Source: Antechinus flavipes (taxonomy: Eukaryota). From it: 64,000 nt of DNA. The notes under the pieces were generated by a model, which was not told the origin of the DNA, did no database searches, and saw only the letters and a list, made by a program, of their open reading frames with translations. Below are positions 35,720 through 49,399 of the stretch, one piece after another. The DNA is taken from NCBI RefSeq assembly GCF_016432865.1, contig NC_067398.1, positions 633,640,001 through 633,704,000 of the forward strand, read 5' to 3'. Made by a program: the position numbers and the translations under genes. The first letter of the stretch is position 1, and each line of letters begins with the position of its first letter.

Positions 35720-37450
35720 ATACTGGGGAGATCAAGTGGAAAAAAAAGGGACAAATATGAGGACAAAATATATTTTAAAACTGTAATTAGCAATCATAAC
35801 CATGAAAGTGAATGAAATGAGCTCAGCTTTCAAATGGAGTTAAGTAGTAGAATATATTAAGAAAAAATTTTTAAAATAATAACAAATATAGGTCAAAAAA
35901 GAAATGCTAGAAACAATACCAAAAAAACTGACAGATTTACATACCAAATTTTGAATGGTAACCAGAAGATCAAACTGATGTTGAAACACTTTTGTTAATA
36001 AAAGACTTTTAAAATAACAAATAAATGAATTGGGTGTGCAAGTAGGGGAAAAAAAGCCCAGAAAAGCAACAGGTTAAAAAAAATGAAATAAACAAATTTA
36101 AAAAAAAACTAATTACAAATGTTAGAAACTCTATAAGTCAAAGGATAACAAAAACTGAAAACAGAAAAAGAGGCAAAACTAGGAGAGCACAAAAACTATC
36201 ATATAAGCAAACTACAGTCAAATTTGAAAAAGAGAGAAAAAAAATCTTATCATACTTACAAATGTGAAGAGATGAATTTATAATCATTTTATAAATAAGA
36301 TATTTTCTTGGATATATTTTTCTGATTATATGACAATAAAACTAATCATTTATTTGATCAAGGTAAATATCTTGAAAATTATAAAATACTCAACAGAATA
36401 AAAATAGAAAATTTAAATAATATAATCTTAGAAAAATAAATTGAAGATGTAAATGAACTCCCAAAGGGGAAAAAAGTAATCTTCAGGTGATGTCAATGTT
36501 AATTTTATGAAAATTTAAAGCAGAAATACATTATCAACTCTTATCAAGATATTTGAAGACAACAGGTTTTCCAAAACTAAAACCAGGGAAGCAGATTGTG
36601 TGTATCATGACCTTGGCATAAAAATAATCCTTTGCTCTCTGCATGATCTTACTCTCTGTCAAAGTGTATTGCTTTGACCAGTACAAGGTTATGATTTTTA
36701 TGTTAATTGATAACTATTTAGATTTGTTAAAGCTTTCCCTGTTTCCCAGCGACCTGAGAGACAAAAACAGGTGACGTACTATAGCCTAAGCCATCCATTA
36801 CATATCCTGATATGCTAGCAATTCCTGAATTCCCAAATTCCTGCTGCATACCTGTTCCCATCATACCAAGTTCTAGACTTCACTGAATAACCACAAGGCT
36901 CAACAGTTCTTAACATCTGAGGAAATCAACCTGGAAATTGTTCCCATAGGACACCTGTCTTGAGCATTCATGAGCTTGTATTCAAAACCTAAGAATGATA
37001 AAGTTGTGGTCCAGCCCCCTTGTGTTTTTTGTTTGTTTGTTTGTTTGTTTTGTTGTTTTGTTTTTTATGTATATAAGCTCTTGCCTTTGTCCCAAAATGT
37101 TAAACCCTACTTTTTAGGGCGGGATGGTTTCTATTTGCCAGCATTTTCCTCACTTTGAAATTAAACTTTTGTTTGATGCCTGATTCTCCTATCTCCAGCC
37201 CACTTTGTATGGTTCTGGTCAGCTAGTTTGGAGATTAATTTCAATCTGGTTGACAAATCTAATAATACATATATTATTTGCAAAACGATAAAAATAAGCA
37301 TATTCCCAAACTCTTTTCATTACACAAATGTGATCCCAATGTCTAAATCATGAAGTAATAGAGTAGAGAAAGAAAAAAACACACTTAGAAAATTTTGCAT
37401 CATGAATATAATTATAAAACATCAAGAAAACACTGGGAAATCAATCAACA
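35720..37450 (+). mobile_element. Ancient L1 ORF2 remnant interrupted by a solo LTR at 36532-37255
   Basis: L1-like sequence (...caggtgatgtcaatgttaattttatgaaaatttaaagcagaa) resumes after the LTR as ...cccaaactcttttcattacacaaatgtgatcccaatgtctaaatca (like 'PNSFYxTNxxLIPKP'). Confidence 0.6.
36532..37255 (+). mobile_element. Solo LTR (ERV-derived)
   Basis: Inverted termini TATCAAC (probably mutated TGTCAAC) ... GGTTGACA. TATA box (tgtatataagc) near 37067 and ATTAAA near 37159. Inserted into L1 sequence. TSD not clear. Confidence 0.7.
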
Positions 37451-37749
37451 AGCTTTTATATTATTTGAGATTATGTTTGTTATGTACCAAACACATTTTA
37501 AGGCTCTAGAGTTGCAATGAATAAACAAAACGAAATGAAACAAACCAATGATTATACAACCTTTGTCAGCAGCCATGTATTTGAAATCTACTTTATGACC
37601 CATCCAGGATAACTGGATTTTGAAATGATTCACCATATCCAGGGGTGTTTCCTTTGTTTTATGACATTTGGTTCCTTCCTTGTTCTTAGGTCCTCCTTCT
37701 GGAACTCTGGATAGTGAGATAACTTGTCAACATAGAGTGTATCACCCAG

Positions 37750-38330
37750 CCATGCAATATGCAAAATCTTTTTTGTTCCAAAAGAAAGAAAATCACTTTA
37801 AAAAAAAAAATCAGCAAAATTAATTAATACATTTAAAAGAATCTGGAAATATATGCACTGTTTAACACTCATGGATGTACTACTTCTTCAAATCCGTGTG
37901 TGTGTGTTTGTGTATGAAGGAGTACTCTTTTCATGTATTATAGTTCCGTGCTTTTTCTTTATAATTTTCAAACATTAATTTTAATTGTTTTATGATTTTT
38001 TCCTCAATTAAACTCTTTTTATAATAAGATTTTACATACATACACACACAGGCATAGTTTTCTTGACTCTGCTTACTATACTTTGGACTAGTTCTTATAA
38101 GACTTTCAAAATGTTTTTGTATTTACTATTTTTTGTTTCAAATTCATAACATTCCATTATATTCATGTATTACATTTTGTTAGTCATTCTCAAAAGACTG
38201 GTACTTGCTTTTTCCCTCTAGTTCTTAGGTGTCACCAAAAATATTGCTATTTGTATTTGAGCATATATAGGAACTTCTATTTTATTAATGATCTTCTTGG
38301 AATATATGTCTCACAGTGGAATCTCTAGAT
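37750..38330 (-). mobile_element. Old L1-type 3' fragment
   Basis: Reverse-orientation L1-like 3' sequence (...cataggcatagttttcttgactctgcttactatactttggactagttc...cattttgttagtcattctc). Confidence 0.55.
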
Positions 38331-38430
38331 GAAAATATGAATTTTCATTTCTCTTTGCATAATTTCAACTTAATTTTCAAAATACTGCAGATTTCTACCA
38401 AATGCACTGATGTGTCTGTCTATTTATATA

Positions 38431-38443
38431 TGTGTGTGTGTGT

Positions 38444-38501
<58 letters not shown>
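38431..38501. repeat. (TG)n/(TA)n compound microsatellite
   Basis: Direct read. Confidence 0.95.
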
Positions 38502-38504
<3 letters not shown>

Positions 38505-39349
38505 CTTTCCAAAATTGACTATTCTTATCTTTTTTCAATTTTGTCAATTTGTTGTATTTAAGATAAAATCTCAGGGTTACTTTGATTAATTTTTCACCGA
38601 TTATTAGTATTTTGAAGCAATCTTTCACATGGCTATAAATCTCAAGGGCTTTTAAAAAATAATAGCAATGGAAGGAGCTTAGTTGTACCAGATTTCAAGT
38701 AATACTACAGCACAGTAATCATCAATGCTACTCATTCATAGTTTAAGACAGACCAGCAAACAGAAAAATACATACCTTGAGAGACAAATGATAAAAAAGA
38801 TAGATAGATGATTAGTAGAATAGATTATCTAAAACAGATCCAGAAGCGATAAAGGGAATAATGCTTAATAAATCCAAAGACACCAAATCCTGAGCTAAAG
38901 AAGGTAGAATTTGGTACTCATTTACATATAGCTTAAGACATGCATATCAAGTAGCAGCCACAGAGAAGAAATGGTCACTTCAGCTCCCCATAAATATGTA
39001 GATCTGTGAACTGATTGAATTTTGTACCAAATAATATAATGTAATCTAAGTAATGTGATTTAATGTAATTAGATTAATAATTAGGAGACTGGGATTACAA
39101 TTCTGGTTAATGAACTATCTCTTTGACTTGGGACAAATAACTTGCTATTCACAATTAGAGGTCTCTCATCTGTAAAATATAGAGGGGGTTGGATCATCTT
39201 TTTCAATGACCCTTGTAATTTCCATTTTTATGACCTCTAATGACCTTTGTAATCATAAAACACCATAATTCTAACCATGGAGAAGGAAAAAGTCGAGAAA
39301 ATGATCAGAGTAGGTGGGGATACCATAATTAATTGCTATGGGCAATTGC

Positions 39350-39590
39350 TAATTACTAACACAATAGGGTACTGTGTTTTGAGTTAGGAAGATTCATGTT
39401 CATGCATACAAATCCAGCTTCAGATATTTACTAGCTGTGTGCCTCTGAACAAATCACTTCACCTTATTTGCCTCAGTTTCCTCATCTGTCAAAAGAGCTG
39501 GAGAAGAAAAAGGCAAACCACAAGTATTTTTGCCAAGAAAACTCCAAAATGGAGTAGGATGTGATTGAAACAGGCTACAAGAACAACAAT
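39350..39590 (+). mobile_element. MAR1-type CORE-SINE
   Basis: ttatttgcctcagtttcctcatctgtcaaaagagctggagaagaaaaaggcaaaccac...gccaagaaaactcc. Confidence 0.8.
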
Positions 39591-40467
39591 GACGACAAAA
39601 CATGGCACCTTATTGTTGTGTTACAAAAGTGGCACCTGGGCAGTTGATTTTAACATAATTATAGCTGAGGAAACCATATCATGTACCCAAACAATCTAGG
39701 TTTAATGAGCCATACAACTACAATAATTTAAAACTTTTCTTTACTCAGATTTTGGGGGCTTATGAGAGCAAAACTTATTGTTTGTCTGTTTTTTAGAAGT
39801 TTATTTTTTTTCCCCTCATTTCCCCTTGAAATTGGATTCAGAAGAACCAGTGGTTTTCAGAGTATTTCATGACAGCACAGGTACAGGATATGATGAAAGT
39901 CTGCTGAGGAAGCATAATCTCATGAAGAACTTAGATCAATTCATTTGAAGTTGGTTAACAAAACATTTTGTTGTAGAATACTACCTTTTGGGAACATTTT
40001 TTATTGCTTAGTGAAGGAAATGACTTTCCTACTGATGTAGATTAAGATACCAGAGGGTGTCTACATTGTTAATTTCTGTAAAGTTTACAATTACTAAAAC
40101 TACAAGGTCATTTTTACTGGAATTGCTCTCTAGTCACTTCCTTTCTCATCAATTTGAATTGTAAATTATATAAATTTAGATGCAAGATTATCTTTCTTCC
40201 TAGGATCTTGTTAAATTTGGATAATTATTCTAGTTTATAATCCTGATTATAGGTTTTCAATCCTGATTCATTCTTCTAACTAGCATAACACTGACTATTT
40301 TCCCTAGTTTTGCATTCTGTATATTTAATAAGCAAGTAGCCTATTCTTATAGAGAAACAAATATTCACAGCAGGAGACTCTGCATATAGCACCTACTACT
40401 GCCTATACATGGAAAAGCATCTGCAACATATACTGTCTTCTGGAAGAATAAAAAGAAGAGAGAGGGA

Positions 40468-40611
40468 NNNNNNNNNNNNNNNNNNNNNNNNNNNNNNNNN
40501 NNNNNNNNNNNNNNNNNNNNNNNNNNNNNNNNNNNNNNNNNNNNNNNNNNNNNNNNNNNNNNNNNNNNNNNNNNNNNNNNNNNNNNNNNNNNNNNNNNNN
40601 NNNNNNNNNNN
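40468..40611. other. Assembly gap (144 N)
   Basis: Run of N. Confidence 1.
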
Positions 40612-40931
40612 TAGAGACAGTGAGAGACAGAGACAGAGAGACAGAAGAGAGAGAGAGAGAGAGAAACAGACAGAGACAGAGAAACAGACAGGGAGAGAGT
40701 GATGGNNNNNNNNNNNNNNNNNNNNNNNNNNNNNNNNNNNNNNNNNNNNNNNNNNNNNNNNNNNNNNNNNNNNNNNNNNNNNNNNNNNNNNNNNNNNNNN
40801 NNNNNNNNNNNNNNNNNNNNNNNNNNNNNNNNNNAGACACAGAGACAGAGACAGAAACACAGAGACACAAAGATAGAGACAGAGAAACAGACAGGGAGAG
40901 ACAGATACAGAGACAGAGGGAGGGAGACAGA

Positions 40932-40987
<56 letters not shown>
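40612..40987. repeat. (GA)n/(GAGACA)n microsatellite containing a 129-N gap (40706-40834)
   Basis: Direct read. It explains the SLSLSL/RERERE ORFs. Confidence 0.95.
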
Positions 40988-40989
<2 letters not shown>

Positions 40990-41958
40990 CATTTGTACAA
41001 AAATATTTACAGAACCTCTTTCTGTGGTGGTTAAGAGAATAGAAGGGAATGGCTAAACATTCTGTGATGAAATATTCTTGTATTATAAGAATCATAATAC
41101 ATGAAAATATTCACACAGGCTTTGCTTAATGACATAAAGTGATGGAAAACCTGCTACTTCCTAAGTCAACTCATCCCACTTTTGCATAGATCTAATTGTT
41201 AATTTTGTTGTTTTTTTTTTTTCAATCAAGCCTACATTTTTTCTGTACAAAATTCAATCTCTTAAAAAAAAAAAACAAACTTAAAGTCTTAGTTTTGACA
41301 TATGGTGCCATGTTGAGCAAGTTACAGCACCATATCCTATCATGCCATGTTACCTCATTGTCACTTTAAAAAATAGTTTTATTGATATATTCTATTTTTA
41401 CATTACCATCATTTCAAAATATATTTCTTCTCATCTCTCATTATGCAAATCTGTACCTTGTAACAAAGAATGCAAAAGAGGAAAAGGAAAAGAAATTTAT
41501 CAAAACCGACACATTAAAACTGTTAACAGCATATATAGTTTTCTATATCTATACCTAACCATCTTCTTGCCATCTGTACTGTCACTATGCATATTCTACC
41601 ACCATATCCTATATACCCATCCCCATATACCCTCCCAAGTCTACTTTTTCAGCTGGGATCTATAATCAATTGGAGGCTTCCATTGCTTCTGTAAAAGATA
41701 TAGCAGTTTCTCTATAGATTCCCCTCTTGATATCTGTGGTGTGAATTCCCAAACCAAAACACACTTCTTTGGCCACTATTCCTTTATATGTATGATTTCT
41801 CTCAACAGAATTTAGGGTAAGAACTGCCTCATTCTTGCCATCCTATCACTAGCGCTTCGAATAGTGCTTGGAACATAGTTAATATTTACAACCAATGAAT
41901 ACTACAAGAAGTACCTGATGCACAGGAAGCAGGGACCAGTCTGTAGTACCATGCTCAC

Positions 41959-42213
41959 CTGTAACCAGCTGAAGCAGGAATACTATTCACCATTAAATTC
42001 TGAGAGATCAGTCCTAACCACCCGAGCCTGGAGTTCCAGAGGCAGAAGGGTTACTATATTACATCATATCGAATGAGAGCTTGGAAGCATCAGAGAACTG
42101 AGAGGGGTCCATGAAAGTTGTCGTGAAATTCTAGCAGGGTTCCACTGTCCCAGTATTTAAGTAGCCAATCACCACCTTATCAAGCAAGGAGAGAGATAAC
42201 AGGGCAAAGGTGG
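41959..42213 (-). promoter_or_regulatory. Candidate tissue-specific promoter and first exon
   Basis: In minus-strand order: HNF4/DR1-like GGGCAAAGGTGG (42202-42213), GATA sites (42194-42199, 42176-42182), CCAAT (42165-42169), TATA-like TTAAATA (42154-42160), then donor CAG|GTGAGC at 41959/41958. Motif-only evidence. Confidence 0.35.
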
Positions 42214-42249
42214 CAATACAGACACCCTGGGGAGGAACAGCTTTTTTTT

Positions 42250-42760
42250 AGTGATTTCAACAGTGGCATTTGAGATTTTCATTCACTCATTTCATGAAGC
42301 CATAATCCTTCACCTCTATAACAGAGAAAGACACATTTTCTCCTTTATGAAATTTAAAGTTTTTGTCATTATTCTTTCCACTTGTTTTTTTGTTGTGTAT
42401 ATTTTTGGGTTTGTCATTGCTTCATTTTGCATCATTTTATAAATCTTTTCATGCTTCTCTCTACTCTTCTTATTCATAATTTCTAATGGCATCCTAATAG
42501 TTCATTACATTCACAGGTAATATTTTGTCTAGCCAGTACACAGTTGAATTATCTGTTTCAATTTGCATTGCACACAAAAATAAAAAATATGCAAATATAG
42601 TATATGTGAAGCTTTGTATTTTACTATTTATAATTTCATTGGAGGTAGATGACTACCACTTTTTTATTTTTGTTTCTTTTAAGTCAATTGTATTCCTTCT
42701 ATTGATGAATTGTAATCATAAAACTCACCATGAAATCTCTATGACACTTAGGAAGATAAA
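42250..42760 (-). mobile_element. Old L1 3' fragment
   Basis: Reverse L1-like sequence (...ttcattttgcatcattttataaatc...ttttgtctagccagtac). Confidence 0.55.
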
Positions 42761-45700
42761 TTTATGACATTTGCTTTGACTTGAAGTTCACCAAGTAGTC
42801 TCTTGACATGCTCTCAAATTGTCAGGTAATTTCTTTCTAGAAATTACTAGAAAAAATGTGTATTTTTATATTAAATTAATGAATTACCTTTATGGTGCAT
42901 CTTTCAGTCTCTTTAAGTTTGATTGCCATACACTTTTCTATGTTCTTTGCTATAATTTAATTTCTGGACCTGCTAAACTATAGATTAAATACTGAACTTG
43001 TAACAACACTAAGGAATGAAAAAGCTAGATGGACTCTCTGGCTTTTTAACTCTCTGAACTTTTTTCTTTCTCCTAATTGCTCTGTCTCATTCTCAAATTT
43101 CTCTCTTTTAATAGTTTAATCTCCTTCTCAACATTCATCTCCATTTAAACACAATTTTTCTTTTCTCTGCCTTTGCCTCTTTTTCACTTGTCTTAATTAA
43201 AAGAAGTTGAAACCCTAAATTTAACTTATCCTAAAAATAAATTTGTGATGGAAAAATCTATGCTTAAGTTGTACATGTATATTTATATTATGTATATACA
43301 TTTAAATATATATATACATATATAACATATGTAACTATAACATGTATACACACTTAAATACATAGAGAAATTAAATGACAATCAGATATTCTTTTAGTCA
43401 AGTTTCAGCCAGTAAAAAGGAGGTTATAAATTGTTTTATACTTATTGGTTTGTATTTTTCAGCAAACTTATTGGTTCGTATATTTCAATATGTATAATGA
43501 TCATTTTCAAATATAATGCTTAAAAGAAAACAAGACTGAATCTGCACTGAGTCAATATTTACTGATGGGAAATAGAATGTTTTGTTTACAATTAGAGGAC
43601 ACTTGGCGTTCTCCAGCACAGGAAAGAAGAACATATTTGTTTCTTTCAGAAACTTCAGTATTTTCTATAGAAGGATGCTGCTAATTGCCTACAATCAACA
43701 AAACACTACCAGGGAGTTGGATGATTTATTTTTTAATTTAATTTAGTCATAAATATAGCCTCCTAGGAAAATACATGGGGAAAAGACCTTAGACCAGGAA
43801 TATAAAGCCTCCAAAAGAGATATTCAGAGGAGGGAAAGCAAAATGATTTAGGGTCTCATATTTGTCAGAAGAGAATTGGTGGAAGGACTTGGAGAAGAGA
43901 AAACCCTTAGCCTTGAGAAGAGAAGATTCAGGGAATATAAAAACTTTCTTAATTTTGTTAAAAATCTTAATGATATATTTTTACATTACAAATAATTATA
44001 GATTGTCCCCCATTCTGTGAGAAGTCTCTAGTGACAAAGTAAAAGAACTAAGTAAATTTAACCATACAGGGACCTTATCTGACACTACATGCTGTATTCT
44101 ACATTAGATTCACCCAAGTTCTCTATTTTTAAATATTTTAAGTTAAGAAGTCTATTTCCTCTCCCTCCTACATTTTCCCCATTGAATAAAAGAGAAAGGA
44201 GGAAAAATCCAGTATCATCCTTTTACCTTTGATCAAGAGACAGATAAAATGTTTCATCATCAATCTTTTGGAATTCATGGATGATCAATCTTGTCCTTAG
44301 GTCTTATAAGTTTCAAGCTTGTTTGTTTTATTGTGTTGTCATTGCCTATATTATTTCCCTAGTTTTGCTCGTTTCATTCTTCATTTGTTATAAAAGTATT
44401 TCTGTTATACTCCCTACGTTTGCTCATATTCTGTGCTCCTTGCACATTAAGCCATCTTCTGTTATTGATTAGCCGATATTGTGTTTTCTTTAGCTGAAAA
44501 TGCTAACAGCACTCTTTTTAACTAGAGAACTAATTTTGTGTCATCTAGGAGAGCAATCTGGTGCCTAGGATGGATAAAAAACTCCTTCAGAACCTAATCT
44601 CAGAGTTGTCCATTTCCAAGCAGGGTAGATAAGAGGAATTTAACTTATTTTATATTCCTTCCTACTTTTAGTCCATTTTCCTCAACCAAGATCCCTGCCT
44701 TAGTTTGTGGTTATCAATTCTGATTCAGTCTGTTACACTTCCCAGAAATCTTTTGGCAGATAACTGGCTAGTGACAAAGAGTTGAATGAAGTCTGTGCTC
44801 TACAAACAAGCTTATTGATTTGATTGCCTTTTCAAATGTAACTGAACTATTCAAGTAACAGATTCAATCTGGTTTGGAATATTTAATTTGTATGGGAAGA
44901 ATTTCCCTTTTAATTTTCAATGTTTTTCTCTTTGTGGTCCTTTTAATCTTCAATTTTGCTGAATTTTAATAGGGAAAGCTGTTATATCAATTACTTTTCT
45001 TTTGTCGAGTGCTAGATTTTGTACCATAAACAAGTTTTATTGTTTTCTTTTGATGTGATTTACCTTTTTTTTTTTTAAAGAAAAAATATGTCACTAAGGA
45101 AATGGGTGAAAATTGTAGTTCTAAAGCATACTTCAATGACTATTAGTGATATTGTAGTGACTGTTGATGTAAGGAAATGATATATTTCAGAGAGCATGAA
45201 AGCTCATTTTGAAACAGAATCAGTTGCAGCAAATCACGAAAGAATGTATGGCTAAAACTTAAGACAAAAAGAAATGGCAAAGAATATCTGAAAATTAGTC
45301 TGATTGTTTCTTGGAAAACAAGTAAAGTACTTCAGAGGGACCTTTAATCTTTGGGAGTTTTCACTGATTCCTCTTTTTCTGTAACACAGGCTCCTTGAAA
45401 TTAGAAGAACAGTGAGAAGATGAGCAATAACTAATTAAATGAATGAATGAATAAAGTCTGTTAGCCATTGTTATAAAGAAAAACAACAACACTTGTCACA
45501 GGCAATAAATAATGATATATTGAGAAGTGTAATAGTTCCATAATTACAAAAAATCCCAAATGGAGATGGATTACAAAATACCCTGTACTATGAGATACGC
45601 TTTAAAATATTGATAAATATATCAAATCAAAAGGAAGTAATCATATTTGTATAGCCTTGGAATTTGTTTGATTTGAAACTTACTGAAAACTTATAAACTA

Positions 45701-45954
45701 TCACTAATGTTAGATTTGCTACATTAACACTGTCAATTTAATACACAATGGGATCAAATTATGATTTCAGGATGAAGAATTCGGGAATAAATGTCAAATC
45801 TTTGTGAATGTCATGTAAAATAAGGGACAGAATTAATAGACAACATATTAGCTATTACATTTTAAAGAATGACAAAATATGTATGGTTTATTGGGTTATT
45901 CAATGTAATTGTTAATGTTGTTTCAGTCACTTCTATTCTTGATAATCCCATTTT

Positions 45955-46150
45955 GGATTTGTTTTTGTTGTTGTTGTTTTTTGGTAAAGAAACAAAGTGG
46001 AGTGGTTTGCCATTTGTTTCTCCAGCTTGTTTTACAGATAAAGAAACTAGACAAATAGGTTAATTAATTTGCTTAGTCACACAGCTAAGTTAGGATGTGA
46101 GGCCATATCTGAACTCAAGTCCTCCTGACTCTATTCAGTGTGCCATCTTG
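45955..46150 (-). mobile_element. MAR1-type CORE-SINE
   Basis: gagtggtttgccatttgtttctccagcttgttttacagataaagaaact...gaactcaagtcctcctgact. Confidence 0.7.
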
Positions 46151-46289
46151 CTGTATTGAATAATTCAATACATTTAATTATTTTATATTGTCTCAGTTAA
46201 TTTTTTATGCCATCACTTGAGCTAAATAGTTAATGAAGATGAAGAGCATAGGTCATAGAAAAGACTACTAGATTTGGATGCACAGAACG

Positions 46290-46810
46290 CAAGAATTACA
46301 GATTTTGAAAACTGAAAGAGATCTCAGTGGTCATCTATTCCAACCCGTACTTTAACATGCCTGAAAATGAATAAATCAGTCTAGATCCTGCTTGAAGAAA
46401 TCTAAGAAGAAAGACTATTATTATTATTATTATAGAGAACTCATTCCACTTATGGACAAGCCTAACTGTCAGGAATTTGTGGATTTTTTAAAGTTAGTTT
46501 AGTTTTTATTATTGTTAATTTTTTTTGGAAGGGACTGATCCATTTTTTACTTTTGATTTTGGCTTCTGGAACCAAATAGAACAAGTCTAATCCCTTTTCC
46601 AAATGATAATCCTTCAAATACTTGAACACAGCTATCATGTTCTCTTTGAGTCTTTTCTTCTTTGGTTACATATTCCTAATTATTTCAAATGGTCTATCAT
46701 CCTGAGTGCTGTCCTCTGAACAACCTTTACTTTATTAATATTCTTTTTAAATCGTGGTTCCCAAACTGAGTGTTATACTAAAGATAAGTCTTATATAAAG
46801 GCAGAGTGGG
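46290..46810 (-). mobile_element. CR1/L3 LINE fragment
   Basis: Reverse L3-like sequence (ggaaccaaatagaacaagtctaatccc...ccttcaaatacttgaacacagctatcatg). Confidence 0.65.
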
Positions 46811-48894
46811 ATTTTCAGCTCCATGTTCCTAGAAGCTTTGTCCCTCCTAATACATTGGGAAATCCCCCCCTCAAAAAAATAAAAATAAAATAAGCCATAG
46901 GTACCCTTGAAGTACCCCACTGGAATCCTTTTGTCATATTGATACTAAAGGATAAAAAATGACTGAGCCCAGCCATTCAACCACTTCTAAATCCTGCTAA
47001 TTGCTATGTTTTCTAACGTGTCTCTCTACATCCTTTGCACAAAACAATCATGAAAAAGTTTTTTAAAAGACTTTGATAAAAAACTTGGCAAATTATAAGT
47101 GATAAAATATATGCATAATATTGGACTCAGTAGTATTGTGTTCAAATGTAGACTCTGTGGGACCCCTTCTCTGAGTCTCTTTCTTTATCTATAAATGGGA
47201 GCAATAATATATGAATTATTTGTATATTGTCATTATTAAAAGAAAAGTGCTCTGTAAACTATGGGGAAAATATAATTTGTAATTATTTGTTTTGCTTGAT
47301 CTGACTAGAAAACTTTTAGGAGCTAAGTAGTGGCTAATAAATAATTTTAAAATGAATTTGTTTACTTAACAAATATATAAGAAGCATGTAAAGTAGAAAA
47401 TTTAAGTATAAATATTTGATAGTCTTTGGAGTTGGAAAACTTGGATTTCATTTTCAGTTTTTTAGCTTAGAGCTATATGACCTTAGATAAATATCACAAC
47501 TTTATTGGCCTTCACTTTTTAAAAAGGTATTAAATGCTACCTGTCTCACAGAGTTGTTGTAAGGAATCTTGATTGGTACTTATATCATATAATCCAAATT
47601 AATTATTTCACTTAACTGTAATTTGTCTGCCTTAGGTTTCAGTCACACTGTCCTCCTGATTTGTCCTTGAACACTCTATTCAATTTCCTAATTGAATTAT
47701 CAAGGGCTAATTAATTTCTAATTAAACTAATTATTAAAATTGTGTGCTTTTAATATACCAATATACAATTTTATATATAATAAATACATTAAACTTATAT
47801 TACATTGTTTTCTTCCCATGTCAAAACTTCCCTGAAATGTTTTCTTCTCACTTATCCTTTCCCCCCAAGCACAGGAAAAGTGGATGCCCATTGATTCAGG
47901 AATGGCTAAATAACTCATTATCCTGAAATATTAATTCACTTTATACAATAATTTCAGAGAATCTTGAGAAGACTTGTGAACTAATCTGTAAGTAGAACCT
48001 GGAAAATAGGGTGAAAGATACCTTAATTACATAAAATAAAGGAAAAATAACAAGGATAAAAAAACCATATTTTGTAACTTTAATGACCAAGATTAGCTTT
48101 ACAGAAAGTTTGAAAATATATTCTCTTCCTTTCTCTGTAGAGGTGGAAATTACATGTTTGTAACACCACACATAACTTCTGGGCTTGATATGTTGATTTA
48201 TTTTAATGAACGCTTTCATTTGTTTTATTTTATGTTTTTCAATTTGGTTTCTTCTTACATGGGATCACTCATTAGGTAAAGAAAGAAGGTAAGATACCAT
48301 CCAAAAAGCAAAAAGAGATTTAAAACAGCAAAAAAAAAACTTTAAAAAATTAAACAATAAAAAAAGATAATCTAGATTGTGATCTCTTTGAGGGTATAGA
48401 CTGTACTTTGTTTTGTTTTGTCCATTCTTTAGATCTTTAGCACTTACCATAGTTCCTGACACATAACAGGCAAATAATAAATACTTTTTTGCTAACTAAA
48501 AGCTGGAATTTTAGGGGGAAAATGTCTATCTGTAGTGTCTAGCATAGAGCTTTGCACACAGCAAGTGCTTGTTGACTTGAATTGAAAGTGCTTTACAAAC
48601 TATAAAAAAGCTATATATGTGTATGATCTATTGCTATTTCAAAGTCCCAGACTTGATTTGAATTAAATTGAAGAATTTGTCATGAATCCAGTGTACTAAA
48701 TTTTTATTTTTTACAGTATGTAGTTTGGAGTGACCTACCAAGGACACAGTTTTATCTTGACAATGAAACAAAAAGTTCCCATTAAAAGACAAAATACTTT
48801 GATTCATCTAACTGAATAAAATTGCAGTTAAATAATCTTAACCGATTAAACAGAGCTTTTGGGGAAAATTATATACATACATGTATATACATGT

Positions 48895-48897
48895 GTA

Positions 48898-48974
<77 letters not shown>

Positions 48975-49100
48975 ATAGAGATGGAGAGAGAGTCAAAGAG
49001 AGAGTGAGAAAAAGAGAGACAGAGAGAGACGACAGAGAGAGATACAGAGAGACACAGAGAGACAGAGAAAGAATCGGAGAGAGAGACAGAGAGATAGAGA
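48895..49100. repeat. (TG)n(TA)n followed by a GA/GAGACA compound microsatellite
   Basis: Direct read. Confidence 0.95.
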
Positions 49101-49109
49101 TTCATAATC

Positions 49110-49330
49110 TTGGTACAATGGATGGATACTAAACTTTGAATTAGGAAGACAAGTTCAAATCCTGACTAAAACAATCGCTAGTTCTATAATTCCGAATAAG
49201 TCTTTTGACTTCTGTGACCTTACATTTCTCCATTTCTAAAACAGGGATAATAATAGGATACACCTCAGAAGGTTATTGTGAGTATTAAATGGGATAATAC
49301 ATGTAAAGCTCTTTATAAACCCTAATGTAA
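49110..49330 (+). mobile_element. MIR SINE
   Basis: gaagacaagttcaaatcctgac...aaaacagggataataataggatacacctcagaaggttattgtgagtattaaatgggataatacatgtaaagc. Confidence 0.75.
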
Positions 49331-49399
49331 TAATATACATATCTCTTTGTAAAGGTAGCATATATATGATGTATACATATTTACATATATACATGTGTG

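Noticed and set aside
40365-41095. Long ORFs of 97-230 aa
   Set aside because: Artefacts of N-gaps and (GA)n/(GAGACA)n repeats.
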